DNA of 63,861 bases, filler included, from Craspedostauros australis (GCA_030167865.1; 14 parts of 14 records of this genome joined end to end with filler, not necessarily neighbours in it); one strand, 5' to 3'. Positions 1 to 12,699 are shown, counted from the first letter of the whole stretch. Made by a program: numbers and translations. The notes: generated by a model not told the origin, from the letters alone.

Positions 1-1424
1 ACTGATGAAGGCATGATGCTGCCAAATGTGATGTTGGCCCTTGATCAACTTCGCAATCAGCAGCAGAAGTTGGATGACAACGCAGTGATGTTGAAATTCT
101 CCAACAGCGAAGATGAGTGATGAGGCGGTGGTGGTACTACCAACGGACGAGATGACAATGATGCAGGATGGATTCAATCTCCACTTCATCCTTATGACTA
201 TGTCGAACTATCTAGCAATAGCGTATTCCAATGCTGATCTTGATCTGATTGTTGATACTGTGCATGGTAACTGGTGTGTCTTCATGATGGGTAGATTGAC
301 ATCTGGTGGATGGTGTTTCTTTGCCTGTGCTGTCGGATCTTGCCTCATGCGATACAAGGTTCGGTCCTGCTCAAGCTCCAACCCTGGTCTCTTGTTTCAT
401 TGCCGTCTGATCAGAGTGGGTGATGCCTCTCATGCCAGCAAGGCACGAGAAATTCGTTGAAAGTGTGTCCGGAGAACGGACAAACGCCCTTCGCCACACC
501 AATCCCGTGTTCGAGATGGTTCTCGACGCCGATGAGTCAAGAGCAACTCCGATGTTCCAATCCGGGAAAGTTAAATAGACGTTATATCCATACTGATTTT
601 GGCCTGGTACTGGCCTACGTGGCTTGTCAAATTGGAGGTGCAATTTGTCTCCACAGACAAACGGCGACTCAACGGACTAGCTCAAATACGCTTTACGAGA
701 AGCCGTTTTTTTTCAAACCCTTTTTCACTGGCCAGCTCCACTCACGACATGCCTCATGTCTTAAATTTATAATAATCGTTGCAGTTGTGGGAATTGAACA
801 AACAATGATCATGCGTCGTGCGTCACCCTCCTTGTCGTGTCACACCGTTTGTCAGGAATCGAGGGTACGACTATGTTGTGATATCCTAGATTGCCGCACC
901 TCCCATAATACCAAAAATAGACTAGTCGATCTACCAAAGTCGGACACACTCCCAAGTCGATTGTGAGCCATCCTCGTCTGTGTGTCAAGAGCATGACGGA
1001 CGACGGACAGGCGAATGACATGATGTGTTCGTGATGACTAACGGACAAAGATGGCGAACCTTGGATGTAAAAGAGAGACTGGTATACTGGAATGTTCTAA
1101 ACATGACAGTTGACCGGTGGAACAAACATCTATGCGAAAGCGCTACCAGAATCTTGTCCCTCAGAACTCAGAACACGATCGTGTGAATGACGGAGAACCG
1201 CGAAGGAGAACAAAGCGCGGATCGGAACATCATCGAAGGATTGGACTGATCGTGCTAGAACATCATGTTCTGACCCAAGTGTGATCATCGGTGAACATGT
1301 GAGAAAAGTGAGTGAACAACGCGAAAGAGTGCACTGAATGAGTGATTGATGTCGGATCGGAAGAGAGTGAAACTTGACATCAGCATGCATGTACTGCAGG
1401 AGTGTAGAAGGGAATCACCATGGA

Positions 1425-1651
1425 GGAACATGATGAAATATGCCTGAGATGCACGATGAGATGTGCATGATGAGCAAGCTTTGCAAAGATGAATACAAGA
1501 GCAACTAAAGGGTGCTACTGCTATTATCATGGGCAATGGATTTGAAGATGCAAGAAATGAAGAAGATGTTCTCACAGTTCCAACAATGCAACAACAGGAA
1601 TAGGTAATCAGATACTACTACTAGAGACTGGGTTACCCCGGATTTCCAACA
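1425..1651 (+). repeat. 3' part of the 5' LTR of a Ty1/copia (CoDi-type) element; true LTR start not resolved
   Basis: Ends ...GATTTCCAACA. 1622-1651 matches 15605-15634 at 29/30 nt, and 1571-1604 matches 15552-15585. Degenerate gag-like sequence follows. Confidence 0.7.
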
Positions 1652-4600
1652 CGTTTCGAAACGTTATGATTGAAATCCAACGTTTCCACCACCACCAACA
1701 CTAGCCAACATCGCCATCATCGACATGACCACCATCTACACTCAAGACCACCGCGAGTAATGGTCCCCTGTGTCAAGAGAGAGGAGAACAAGAGGTTCTG
1801 GAGCACGGCGCTCCTTGCCAATGGACGCCAAGATCGGCATGGTAACCCCCACACGAACGACGATGTCAAGACGATGATGATGATCGAGTCGAGCACCGCC
1901 GCGAGTCCACCAGCAGAGTGGAGACCGCAGCTGAAGCGATTTCAACCACTACATGTATTGCTGGAAGCAAGGAGGCGCTCGGAACACGCGCATTGGAAGA
2001 ACTGTCCATGGTCATGGGACCATGAAGTCGAGGAAGGCATGGAGACCTTCGAGGCTGTGTTGGAGAACGAGAGCAAGCTGCACGCAAGAAGGGATTCGGA
2101 CGCAGCAGGTCACGCTCTCGAATGCATCGGATTCAGCAGAATGTGCCATGAGGGCGAGATAGCTGACAGAGCTCAACAAGATGCAATTGAGGAAGCAATG
2201 AGAGCTTCCAACCAACCCCTGCATGCACGGAGCTGCCTCGGAACAACTTGGTCGATATGGAAGCCGAGATGGACGAGGAGCAATTCAGATCGCTGATGCT
2301 GAATGTCTGTGCGCATGGCACGCGCGACGCATCGAGCACAAGCATGCAGGAAGGGAGGATATGATGAAGAACGAACAGGATCTACACAGGAATGGGAATG
2401 GCCCATGATCGCAATCACATCAAGAGTGACGCGAGGAGCAGTCAACGGAAAGCACCGAGATGATCACGTGGCGCTGATTGGCATCGTGTGATACAGGCTC
2501 GAGCACTGGCTGCGATTCCTTCTGTGATATGATCGAGCAGGTAAGGGTGCAACCTACCAGCCATGAATTGGCAACAACAACGAAAATAGCAACACAGGAA
2601 GTGTGTGTGCTTCGATGAGAAGGGAAAGCGCTGCAACAAGCTGGACAGGAGGTCCCACCGCGCTTCGATCCCAGGCTCAATACGAAAGACGAGGAACAGG
2701 AGGTATCCTCGCCATCGGGGAAGACGATGATTCATGACATCCACGGAGCTGTGAGCCTCATCTACGACCGCCACCGTATCAAACACGGTTATAAGCGCGC
2801 ACGAGGCAACATCAGTGAGTGAGTGAGAGAGAGAGAGAGATAACACTGACAACGGATCGGTCGGTTCAGGAGCAGATGTCCTAACCGCGATGCCCACGAC
2901 AGTGAAATGAAGGAAGCCGGGTCGGCCAAGGTCGCGACAGACAGGATGGACGGGATGGATGACATCGCTCTCATCACAACCGACGAGCCAATGTCCATGC
3001 CCATCAACGAAAATGTGGTCGGCATCAAAAATGTGACCAACGCGAAATTCGTGGCCATCACCGAAATCGCGAACAACGACCAAAAATGTGACTATGAGAA
3101 ACCACACGATGATGCGCGACGACAACGCGATCACGAACAACATGACACTCGTAACAATCAACAATGATGGGGTTTCCGACTTCGACAGCGGAACACCAGT
3201 CAATGACTACGAGTGGACCAGGGAGGAGATAGCTGAGTACACTCCAGGAGTGTATAGCTACTACGGGTCTACGAACGATCACGATGGAGTGGATCAACAG
3301 ACAACCCTTTTCATCCGAGAATGAAGAGGAAGACGGCAACGCCAACTACAACGAAGGCGAAACGAATGATGAGGAGCGCAGAGGACTGCACATGGATGCA
3401 GGTCCGATCTGCCTCTTGGTTCGATACTCGTTGAGCGACATGTTGTGTGCGAACGATGTGCGCTTCGAGGTCTCGACGATCTGCTACGATGCGATCGATG
3501 ACTTCGAGAGTCGACTGTGCAGATGCGTGCACCCACACGCATTGCACTACATGATGCATGAGATTGGCGTGCAGAGCGCACTTGACGTGGCTCGCAACGT
3601 GTATGCCATCAACGACATGCTGGAGAACAACAACCTGACTCCAATCCATCAGATGCTGATTGGATACATGTGTCGCATGCAAGCGGTATGGACCGCACAG
3701 TGAACCTGGCGACAACCAGGATCCTAATCACGATGAACGTGACATGGATGGATCAGTCATGTGGGCAATTCGAGTGTATTAAGAATGCCAACAGGTCAGT
3801 ATGGATCGGCCTGGGAAATGACGACTCTACTTCAGGGATGATTTCCCCAGATAGAAGAGTAACTTGGGAGTGACGTGCGGATACCATCCGAAGCATGGAG
3901 ACCGACAACGCTGATCAGAGCAGAAGAGCCGGAGACGATACAGATACAGAAGACGCTGCTCGCGAGCAAGATGACTTGCTACCTGCCCAAGGGGATGAAC
4001 CATCGGACGATGATGACGACGATGAAGCCGGAAGGGACAATGACGAAGTGTGGCAGAGCGATGTGGCGAGGGACCAATCGACTGCACACTCTCCCGTGAG
4101 ACCTGTTGCGCGCGCACCGAGGATGTTGAGTAGCCTTGCGGCTTATTACAACAGACCGATTCCCAAAGAGGAAAGGGAACGAGAGTCAGAATTGGACTCG
4201 GAATCGGAGGCAGACAGAGCATCAGCATCAGGAGATGACGATGGCTACGAATCTGCGCAGGTGACGATGATAGTCCCCGCGGCAACAGGAGGACCCAACT
4301 TCCACACGGATGGGTCAGTGTTCAACAGAGACGTTGCGGGCATGATGATCGATACTACCCAAGGGAGGATGAGACTTATCGACTTCATCGCTGCAAGTCA
4401 GGATGTTGAGAACGAACGGAATGGTGAGCGGTCCGAACAAGCCAATACGGCGTTGATGTTGGATCCAACGACGTTCGAGGAGTGCTGGGATCATGCGGAT
4501 CCCGAGAAGAGAAATGAATGGCGGGAGGCCATGATGGGACAGTTCAGCGATATGGCCACAGCATGAGCATGGCAGATGATCAAGAAGAACCGGACGCCGA

Positions 4601-5682
4601 ATGATTGGCGAGATACCACAAGCAAAGAGATGAGATCGGTGTGCAACGAGCATGAAGTCTACGAGAGAGAGACTCGAATCTGGAAAGGACACAGCTATGA
4701 GAGCGAGAGCCATGAAGGGCGGATTCCAGATACAGTGAGCCAAGGCGCATCGATGTACGATCAATGAGAGACGCGGGCAAGTCGGATGAAGAATCCAATG
4801 ACAGAGCCGGAAGGGAGGAACCTCAGATGAATGGAGGATGAATGGCAGGAGGCCACCAACAACTCCCATGACGAAGAAGCTGCAGCATGATGAATCAATG
4901 CTATCCAGAAGAGGATGGGGGCGATCGACGACATGGTTGCAAGGCAACACGATGACAGAGCTGGCAGCGTGCCACAACGTGCAATTCCCAACGAGGGTGA
5001 CGAACGAAGCATCAGAATCGGGAGATTACGATGGATACGCAACTGCACAGGAGACGATGACCGCTCCAATGGCAACAGACGGACCCAACTTCGAACAAGA
5101 CGGGTCAATCATCAACAAGGACGTCGCAGGCATGAAGATCGGTGCTACCCAATGAAGGATGAGAGCGATCGACTTCGTCACTGCGACTCAGGATGTTGAG
5201 AGCAAATGCGATGGCGAAGAGATTCGAGCCCATCATCACTGGAATGATGTCGAGTCTACGTACGCCTGAGGAATGCTAGGATCATGCGGATCCTGACGAG
5301 CGGAAGGGACGAAGTGTGAGTGACTCGGAGGCAAGCCGCTGAAGGCAAGGACCTCGAGTACTCTCCCATGAGACCAGTGGCGAGGATGCCACGGATGCTA
5401 CGCGGCCTGGCACCGCACAACAACGCGCCAACACACCACTCCGACTCAGAATCAAGCAGTGGAGGTGGTGAGTCAGCTGAGGAAGCTGAGAAGACCCCAG
5501 CAACCATGAGAGAAGGGATGAGACGTCCGAGCATGCATACACAGGTATGATGTTGGACCCCACCGCATTCGAAGGATGCTGAGATCATGCAGATTCATCG
5601 AAGGGTACGAAATGGCGGAAGGCTATCAACAAGGAGTTCTACGATATGATCAGATGAGGAGCATGGCGAGAACGAATGCCTG

Positions 5683-6376
5683 TTGCTCAAGAAGATGATC
5701 TATGGGCTTGTGCAGAGCGCCAGACAGTGGACCAAGAGGCTGGTCGACATCCTGATCAAACTGGGATTCAGACAGAGCAAGGTGGATCCATGCCTCCTGA
5801 TTCGGAATCAGGAAGGGAGACTGCTACCAATCGGAACCTACGTTGACGACTGCCTGTGCATCGGGGATGAACAGGAGCTGAAGGATCTTGTGGGAGACTT
5901 CAAGGCAGAGTGGTTCAGTATCAAGGTGGAGGAAGATCTCAAAGACTACCTCAGTTGCAAGATGAACTTCAACCGTGATGAGACCAACTGCTGGGTGAAC
6001 CAACCACACATCATCAAGAACATTGTCAACACTTTCAAGGACGACGTGATGAAGCTGCAATGATACGGAACACCAGGAACACCAGGGCAAGGCATCCAGA
6101 GAGAGAGAGAGAGAGAGAGAGAGTGACTCGCCGAAGGTGAACAAACAGCGACGCAGCAAATACCGAAGTGGAGTAGGTATGCTGCTATACCTGGTGAAGC
6201 ACTCATGACCCAACATCGCAAACGCAGTGCAAGAATTGACCAAGGTGTTGGATGGACCAACAGCTGCAGCATACAAGGAGATGCTGAGGGTCATGGAGTT
6301 CGTGACGGATACGAGAGAGTATGGACTGAAGATGAGACCGAGTCCATTGGAGAACGATGCATGGAAGATTGTGGTG
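5683..6376 (+). pseudogene. Copia reverse transcriptase (RVT_2) pseudogene
   Basis: YVDD motif. Closely similar to the RT at 32261-32996 but with a TGA at 6061 (CGA in the other copy) and an (AG)13 expansion at 6098-6123. Confidence 0.9.
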
Positions 6377-6476
6377 NNNNNNNNNNNNNNNNNNNNNNNN
6401 NNNNNNNNNNNNNNNNNNNNTTAATTAATTAANNNNNNNNNNNNNNNNNNNNNNNNNNNNNNNNNNNNNNNNNNNN
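6377..6476. other. Artificial contig-joining linker N44-TTAATTAATTAA-N44 (first of 13)
   Basis: The same 100-bp linker recurs at 7597, 13164, 16498, 21049, 31110, 32997, 34216, 39488, 41014, 58152, 60239 and 62020. The 12-mer gives stop codons in all six frames. Confidence 0.98.
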
Positions 6477-6486
6477 CCGCGCAACC

Positions 6487-7596
6487 ATGCGGAAGCCATC
6501 CATATGCCACTTCTTCAAGGTGAGGAAGAACCGGATCCCAACCATCCTCACACGCGCAAGGAAGGCACGAATGGTCCGGAAACAAAGCGACACCCTCGCT
6601 GTCAACCTCGCACGAGAGAAGAAAGCACTCGCGAANNNNCCTTTTCCCCCTTCCGATGAGGATGAGATGGTCAATGGGATACCATCCCTCGAAGATTCCC
6701 GTCCCAGTCTCGAAGAGGGAGAGACACCAGAGAGCAGGTTCCTGGATGAGATCCCTGATGGATTCTTCGACGAAAAGATGACCGCAGAAGAAGCCAGCCG
6801 CCAGGAGTCAGAATCAGAGGTGTACCACGATGAAGACCAAGAATCGCAGGACCCAGGAAGCGTGATTGACGTGGAAGCAGAGATCGCAAGTGGAGCGGTA
6901 ATCAGCCACCCCAGACCTCCCGTCAGGCAATCCTCACGACCATCACCGGCGTCCAAAATCTTGACAGCCACGCGGGATGGACAAGGGTACACCGACAAGG
7001 TGCGACCAAAGCCCGTGATCCCAACCGACCATTCCGTGGATAGCGCGTCCGCCCCAGAGCCCGGTGACAGTGACGATTCTGGGTCCATCTTCCGACCAGA
7101 AGACAACTCAATCAACCGGAACCAGNNNNCGCGACGACCCAGCTCTGGAGCCAGCAGCAAGCAAAGCAACCGCCCCAAGAGAAAGGGGCTCTTCGATGAA
7201 TCTGAGGATTCAACCGTTTCCTCAGGAATGTCAAGAATCAAGACGATCAAACAGGTCAGGTCCGCCAAGAAGACCACGAGTGGGACCATCAACACGAAAG
7301 GAGCCTCCACCACGACCGCGGAGAATCCTCCCGAGGCAGCAGAGCCGATGCCCCCCATAACCCAAGAAGAGCAACCAGAGGTCCCTATGCCACCGGAGGG
7401 GCCAAGCGATGATGACGTGCCGATAGCAACCGCGTACCCAGCACCTGCGAACCACAATGAGGATGCGAACACCAACACCCGCAGTTTCCCCGTCTTGAAC
7501 CATCCCCTGCCATTGACACCCAACACTCCGGAGACCAGCAACGCTAACAAGAGGGCCCGAACGGAACCCCGACCAGCAATCGCATACCCGTCGCCC
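6487..7596 (+). CDS. Low-complexity S/P/E/T-rich hypothetical protein, 3' partial; possibly the disordered N-terminus of a LINE ORF1
   Basis: The open frame spans the whole 1.1-kb contig. A/C-rich sense strand resembles the ORF at 56636. No recognisable domain. Confidence 0.4.
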
Positions 7597-7725
7597 NNNN
7601 NNNNNNNNNNNNNNNNNNNNNNNNNNNNNNNNNNNNNNNNTTAATTAATTAANNNNNNNNNNNNNNNNNNNNNNNNNNNNNNNNNNNNNNNNNNNNACGT
7701 CAATCGAAAAAATTATGAAATCCTG

Positions 7726-7771
7726 GAGTTGAGTTATGAACGCCCCAAAAAGAGCGTTCATAACTCAACTC
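7726..7771. repeat. Perfect 18-bp inverted repeat with 10-nt spacer
   Basis: GAGTTGAGTTATGAACGC (7726-7743) / GCGTTCATAACTCAACTC (7754-7771). Confidence 0.95.
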
Positions 7772-8150
7772 TCGCTTTTCATCCGGGTCTCGTCTCGTGT
7801 CTTCCTCTCAAATCGCTCCTCCAACGGCAATTTGGGAGTTTTTTTGTGATTTCCTCCCTCGCATGCGTTGGCATCAGTTTTCATAACCTCTGTTGTGCAT
7901 GTATCGTCGTGCTACCCTCTACTTCCTCCCTTGTTTCTACCATCGACATGTGCTATTTGTCCATCTCCTTTCATGCACACTGTGCCCTTCCATCATATAG
8001 CTTGTTCCAAGAGTTGTAGTATGATTAGCGTTTCCTTTTATAGTATTGGCATCTGCTCTATCATAATGGATTGTTCCTCTTTCCTCCAACGCCGCCACGA
8101 GGTAGCCACCTCTACCATCCTCATCATCATCGCTGAGCAACTCATGACAT

Positions 8151-8711
8151 GTGCGACCGCCCACCACTCTTTCTCCAGTTGCCCAGCTTCTATGCACAGT
8201 GCTCGTCCGCGTCTCCACAGGTGGCATCCCCCCTTCCGGCATCCGTGATTCGCCCACCAAACATATTCAGCTACAGCAGGCAGCAGTAGGATGGACGGCC
8301 ATAGCATGGGGCAGATGGGCCTCCCTTTGGCATGAGCATGCACCTCCCATGGGCCAGCAAGCGCGCCGACAAGCGTCCTGCCTTCTACGTGACTGGCAGG
8401 CCAGTGTTTCTAATCTACTCTGGCACACAGCCCTGGAGCAATGGCAAGATCGCCACTCAGCAAAGGCAGAGCAGACAGCCAAGGACATGATTGCGCTCCT
8501 CCAGGAGCAGGCCCTACAACTCCAAGCACTACTGCCTGTGGACGTCCCAGCGGTGCTCCGAACCCTTTGGGAGCGCCCCCCCTTCACATCAAATGGTGGC
8601 ACTGTCTGGATGGACCCAAGCTATGAGATCAGGTCTCGGAGACGCCGCCCCCCACGCTCCCATAGTGCTCGTCAATTGGATGCTCCAGCTGTGCCGGCAA
8701 AAGGACGCTGA
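8151..8711 (+). pseudogene. Decayed C-terminal fragment of an Ambal-like LINE ORF2 (5'-truncated copy)
   Basis: QQAAVGWTAIAWGRW...W...V..LLW....QW..R aligns by eye with AQQRIGWDKMVLGRW...GWVSKAIRGLW....AW.ARN in the ORF2 at about 49950-50125. Confidence 0.6.
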
Positions 8712-10039
8712 CCCCAGCTCGCAATCGGATCGCCTGTCTGCAACGCCAGCCAACAGTCCCACAATATCACCTTGCACACACTAGCCATCACTCGGCTTCA
8801 CTCCGTTTCCGCAGCATGCTATCATGTTGAATAAACGAGGCGGAATCAAAGCCCGTCAGCGCATGACTTAACAGTTATAATCATTGTGATATAAAAATAA
8901 ATGAGTAACTCATGGCACTGCAGCGTCTTCTCATGTTCGCTGTTGCTGACTACCTCCACAGTGGCTTGCCTACTGCTTTGCGCAGAGGCCACTACTAGAG
9001 CTTGGGATTTTCTCTTGTGACATTAGTACCTTCTGGCAAAACATTCTCAAACATGGTGATGCTATGGAGTTCTACAAATTCGTTGGCATCACCAGAGAGT
9101 CCTTCATCCAACTCGCCGCTGTCTTGAAGCCATCCATCTAGGCTCTTCCTTTCAACCAACGATCTGTGACCCCATGTTGATGTGATCTGGCACGTCGCAG
9201 ATTCACGCATATTGATGTGACTGCAATTGTTTTGAAGTATCTCCAACGCATCCGCACTATGCATATTCAGGACGAAGACCAATAATGCATGGAAGGTGCA
9301 GTGCATAGACTATCAAAAGACACCCTGGCAAATGGGGCACGCCAGCAAGTCGGAAGCAATTGAAGGAACATCCGAAGCAGTTAGGCAAGTATATCAAGAA
9401 TTGGAGGCTGTACAACCGTAACGAGCACGATTGCGCAAAAGGAGCAAGATCCAGATCGAAACGTGGATGGGATACACGACTCATAACGATCCATTGAGTC
9501 GATACGCTTAACGGGACTAAGATCGTGACTCGGGATAGGGGCGCGCCAGCCTCGCCAGTTATGAAATTATGAGCCACACAAACACCTCCAGTGCCTATCC
9601 GCTTTTTGTGTCGCCCCCATTTGGGGCCACAAGGAGCTACAAGGGGCTACAGGGTCGAAGTAGTCGAATCCTGGTACAACTCTACGGAGCCGCTACGAGG
9701 GAAACAGCACCAACTTGCAAAAAANNNNNNNNNNNNNNNNNNNNNNNNNNNNNNNNNNNNNNNNNNNNNNNNNNNNNNNNNNNNNNNNNNNNNNNNNNNN
9801 NTCCTGCATCTGTTGCATCCCTCCCCGAAGTTTGGTGTTCACATCTCTTCTCCTCGTTGAGTTCTGCCACATCCAATATCGTCGGGTCCGGTCACTGGAA
9901 ACCGGTGGTATCGCTTCTTCCTGCCGATCATCCCTCCCCCTGCGGCGTTTCACTTCCTGTCCTGAATTGCATTGGCTTTCGCATACGATCCATTGAACAT
10001 AGAAAGAGCTGTGACACAGATTTCTTCACTCATCTTTCT

Positions 10040-12699
10040 TTAACTATCTGTCATGGCGTCTGGGTGTGTGGAACTACGTGACCTTGAACCTGCGTGTTTC
10101 TCTGCATGGATTTCGAAACATCGTCGAAATATTCCGTCGTACTCCTTCATTTTGCATCACCAAACAGTTTGGCCTGGAGACCCCGTTCGACAGTTCAGGC
10201 AATGGTACCTTGACGAGTTCGTGCACACACAGCATCTGCCCCGTTTCCCTCTTGTCATGAACCTGGCGATCCCCTGCTTCATATGGTCAATCTTCCCATT
10301 CCGGACTCTACCTGGGTGCTTTACCAAGTGGTGGCCATTGATCAAGTCTGCTTGGGGCCACTTGGCCACCTGTGTCGTCGCACAGGCCACCTGTGTTGTC
10401 ACATGGGCCGGACTGTCGGTTGTCAACGAAGACAAGGAGCCACCATTGCCATCACATTGCACTTCCGATGGCTGGTCGCTTCTCATCCTGGCAAATGAGC
10501 TTGGTGGATCAGGGGCTTTGTTGTTGTGGAGCATGTCCTTGACCATCATGTTCACGAAATCCATGAGAGGCACATTCTTGTGTTGGTGTTTGCCCGCCAA
10601 GTGGCATCGGTATGCCCTCCATGCATCCACAACGGTTATCCCAAAGAGAGTCGTGACAAGCCTGAAGTATCCGTCGCGTGTGGGACAAGTTCTCTCCAGA
10701 CCGAGGATGTCCTGTCGAGCCTGGTTGTGGACGTCGACCTTGTTGCAGCTTTTGAAGTACTTCGAAGCGACACTCGGCCGATCCACTTTCTTCGTCATGG
10801 GGCGCCCATCGTCCGAGATCCACTTCGACAAATACGGTGCCCCACGGCCTGCATGCCCAGCTCCCGCGGAAAAGACGAAGCAGAGTACCTTGGGCTTGCA
10901 GTACTTGTACCCCAGTGCATAGTACTTGTGGCCGACGCACTTGCTTTCCATCAGCAGCTGGCTTCCGGGTGGCCACGCCTTCATTGTGGTCTCCAGGAAG
11001 ACTTTGGGGTACAACCGATGAGCCGTCTTCACAATGCCGATGAACTTCGCACCCAGCTCTGTTTCAAGCGCCTTGGTGGCCTCCACAGACGCGAACCACA
11101 AGTCTCCCAGGAAGATGCTCTTGCCCTGGTTGAACTGCGGATCATCCGGAGATTTTGAAGGATCGGTGCAGACGTTGGTTGCTGCTGCCATGCGAAGGGT
11201 GCACGCAGCGTTCTTGCCCTTCACCCTGTCGAGGAAGGCCGCACCCTCCATTCCCTCCTTGCCCCATTGGATCTCCAAGAACAGCATGATCCCTGTCTCT
11301 CCATTGGCGACGGTCTTGAATTCCATGCCCAGCGGCTCAGGTTTGCGGCGGACAAGGATAGGTGAGGAAGGTCCCCATTCCTGGTTGTTCATGTCTTGAA
11401 GGCACTCATGGATTCATCCATCACCTTCAGTGTGCTCCTGCACATGATCTCCGCCTGCTTTGCGTTGAAAGCATCCACACCTGGTTGAATTTGCCACCAT
11501 GGATCCAAGAATTGCTTGGATGCATCCGCGAAGATGTGTGGGATCAGTGATTTTTGGATGGCACGAAACCAATAATTCTTCATGTGGTCGGTGATGTCCA
11601 TTGGCTGTTTGAATCCTTCAGTGTCTCTGTCGCCCCACAGGCAGGATGTGCCTTCGATAGTGCCCAGAAGGAGCAATCCAAAGAACGCCCAAAACTGGTG
11701 ATGAGATATGAGGTGATTGTCGATCTGATCCTCCAATATTCTCATGGGAAGTTGCCTAGTGATGATCCTTTGATTGAGCTTGTCAACCTGGGCCTTCCAG
11801 TTGCCAGGCCACATGTGCTGTAGGAGATGCAGCATGTTGATACGTTGGTACCTGCTGTCCCTGCCCCTGCCCGCAACAGTTAAGTTGGTGAAGTCAAAGT
11901 TTGCAACCCCCACCCACTCCCGCAAAGATCCATCTTCAGGGCTGCCAATGTGGTCATCTGGTACAACCTTCCATGTCATTACGTTGGCTCAAGATCCCAT
12001 GCTGATGGAGGTGTTGTTGGAGATCAGTGTGGCCTTCTCTGCATGATGTGGTTCATAGTGGAGGGTTTGTTCCTCCATCTCAATTGCATAATTCAACATG
12101 TTGTTGTCGAAGTTGTTGTTGATGTTGCAATCCATAGATGTGTCATCCTCCAGCTCTTTGGATCTGCCATCAATACTGACTTCATTGGTTGGGGACGTGC
12201 GCAAAGAGTTTGTTGGTTGGGAAGTCATGGCCGGAATGTTGGTCAGGTGAATGTTGCTGGACAGAGAGTTCAGTGGTAGAGAAGTTACAGCTGGACCGTT
12301 GCTTGGGAGAATGTTGCTGGATGGAGAGTTCGTCCCAACACCCAAGTCTTGGCTGACTGTAGGCGCATCCGCCAGTCCAGTGATTGCCTCTGGTGGTGGG
12401 AGGAATCTGTGGCTCTTCGCGAAAGCATCCAATGCCGCAACTCCTTTTCCAACGAAGATGGTTTGAATGTATTCTTTGACCTTGGTGTCAGGAAGTGGAC
12501 TTTCATTGCCTTCCAGGCAAATGAGGGTTTGGGAACTGTGTTGGCATACGGCACCCAAGGATTCCCAATGGACGATCCAGTTGTGTTTGGGAAGAACCTT
12601 GATCGTGCGTCCCACGATGTAGCCATGCTGTTTGCGAGGTGCGTTGGACCGACGAGGCCTGCATCTGCAAGTGACCTTGGCTCCAAGAGTGATCCTCAT
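10040..12699 (-). mobile_element. piggyBac-like (DDE_Tnp_1_7/PGBD) transposase pseudogene
   Basis: Motifs DPWWQI, VMDESM, RKPEPLG.EFK, GD.WFASV, FIGIVKT, VDVHNQ.RQ and a C-terminal Cys-rich domain (CCVC..CLNC..C..RCF..H, read through the TGA at 10157). Premature stops at 11989, 11389 and 10157; 1-nt frameshift near 11355. Confidence 0.88.

Larger units (their letters stand above)
1425..6376 (+). mobile_element. Decayed Ty1/copia (CoDi-type) LTR retrotransposon: LTR, gag remnant, rearranged IN-RT linker, RT; truncated by contig end
   Basis: Gag-like RFWSTALLA near 1790, DPTTFEECWDH motif near 4460, and copia RT motifs (LKKMIYGLVQSARQW, GF.QSKVDPCL, GTYVDDCL, YRSGVGMLLYLVKH) at 5680-6376. Many stops and frameshifts. 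Confidence 0.85.

Noticed and set aside
6421..6432. Recurrent TTAATTAATTAA as a piggyBac TTAA target, CRISPR repeat or regulatory motif
   Set aside because: Always centred in exactly 44+44 Ns; it is a synthetic six-frame-stop linker.
8950..9720. Short ORFs and GCTACA repeats as the piggyBac right end or another TE
   Set aside because: No TIR or TTAA boundary is identifiable, and the N gap at 9725-9801 hides the region.
10053..10922. 289-aa plus-strand ORF and similar long antisense ORFs (e.g. 6429-7550, 49129-50169, 36900-37730)
   Set aside because: Shadows of real genes on the opposite strand; no motifs of their own.
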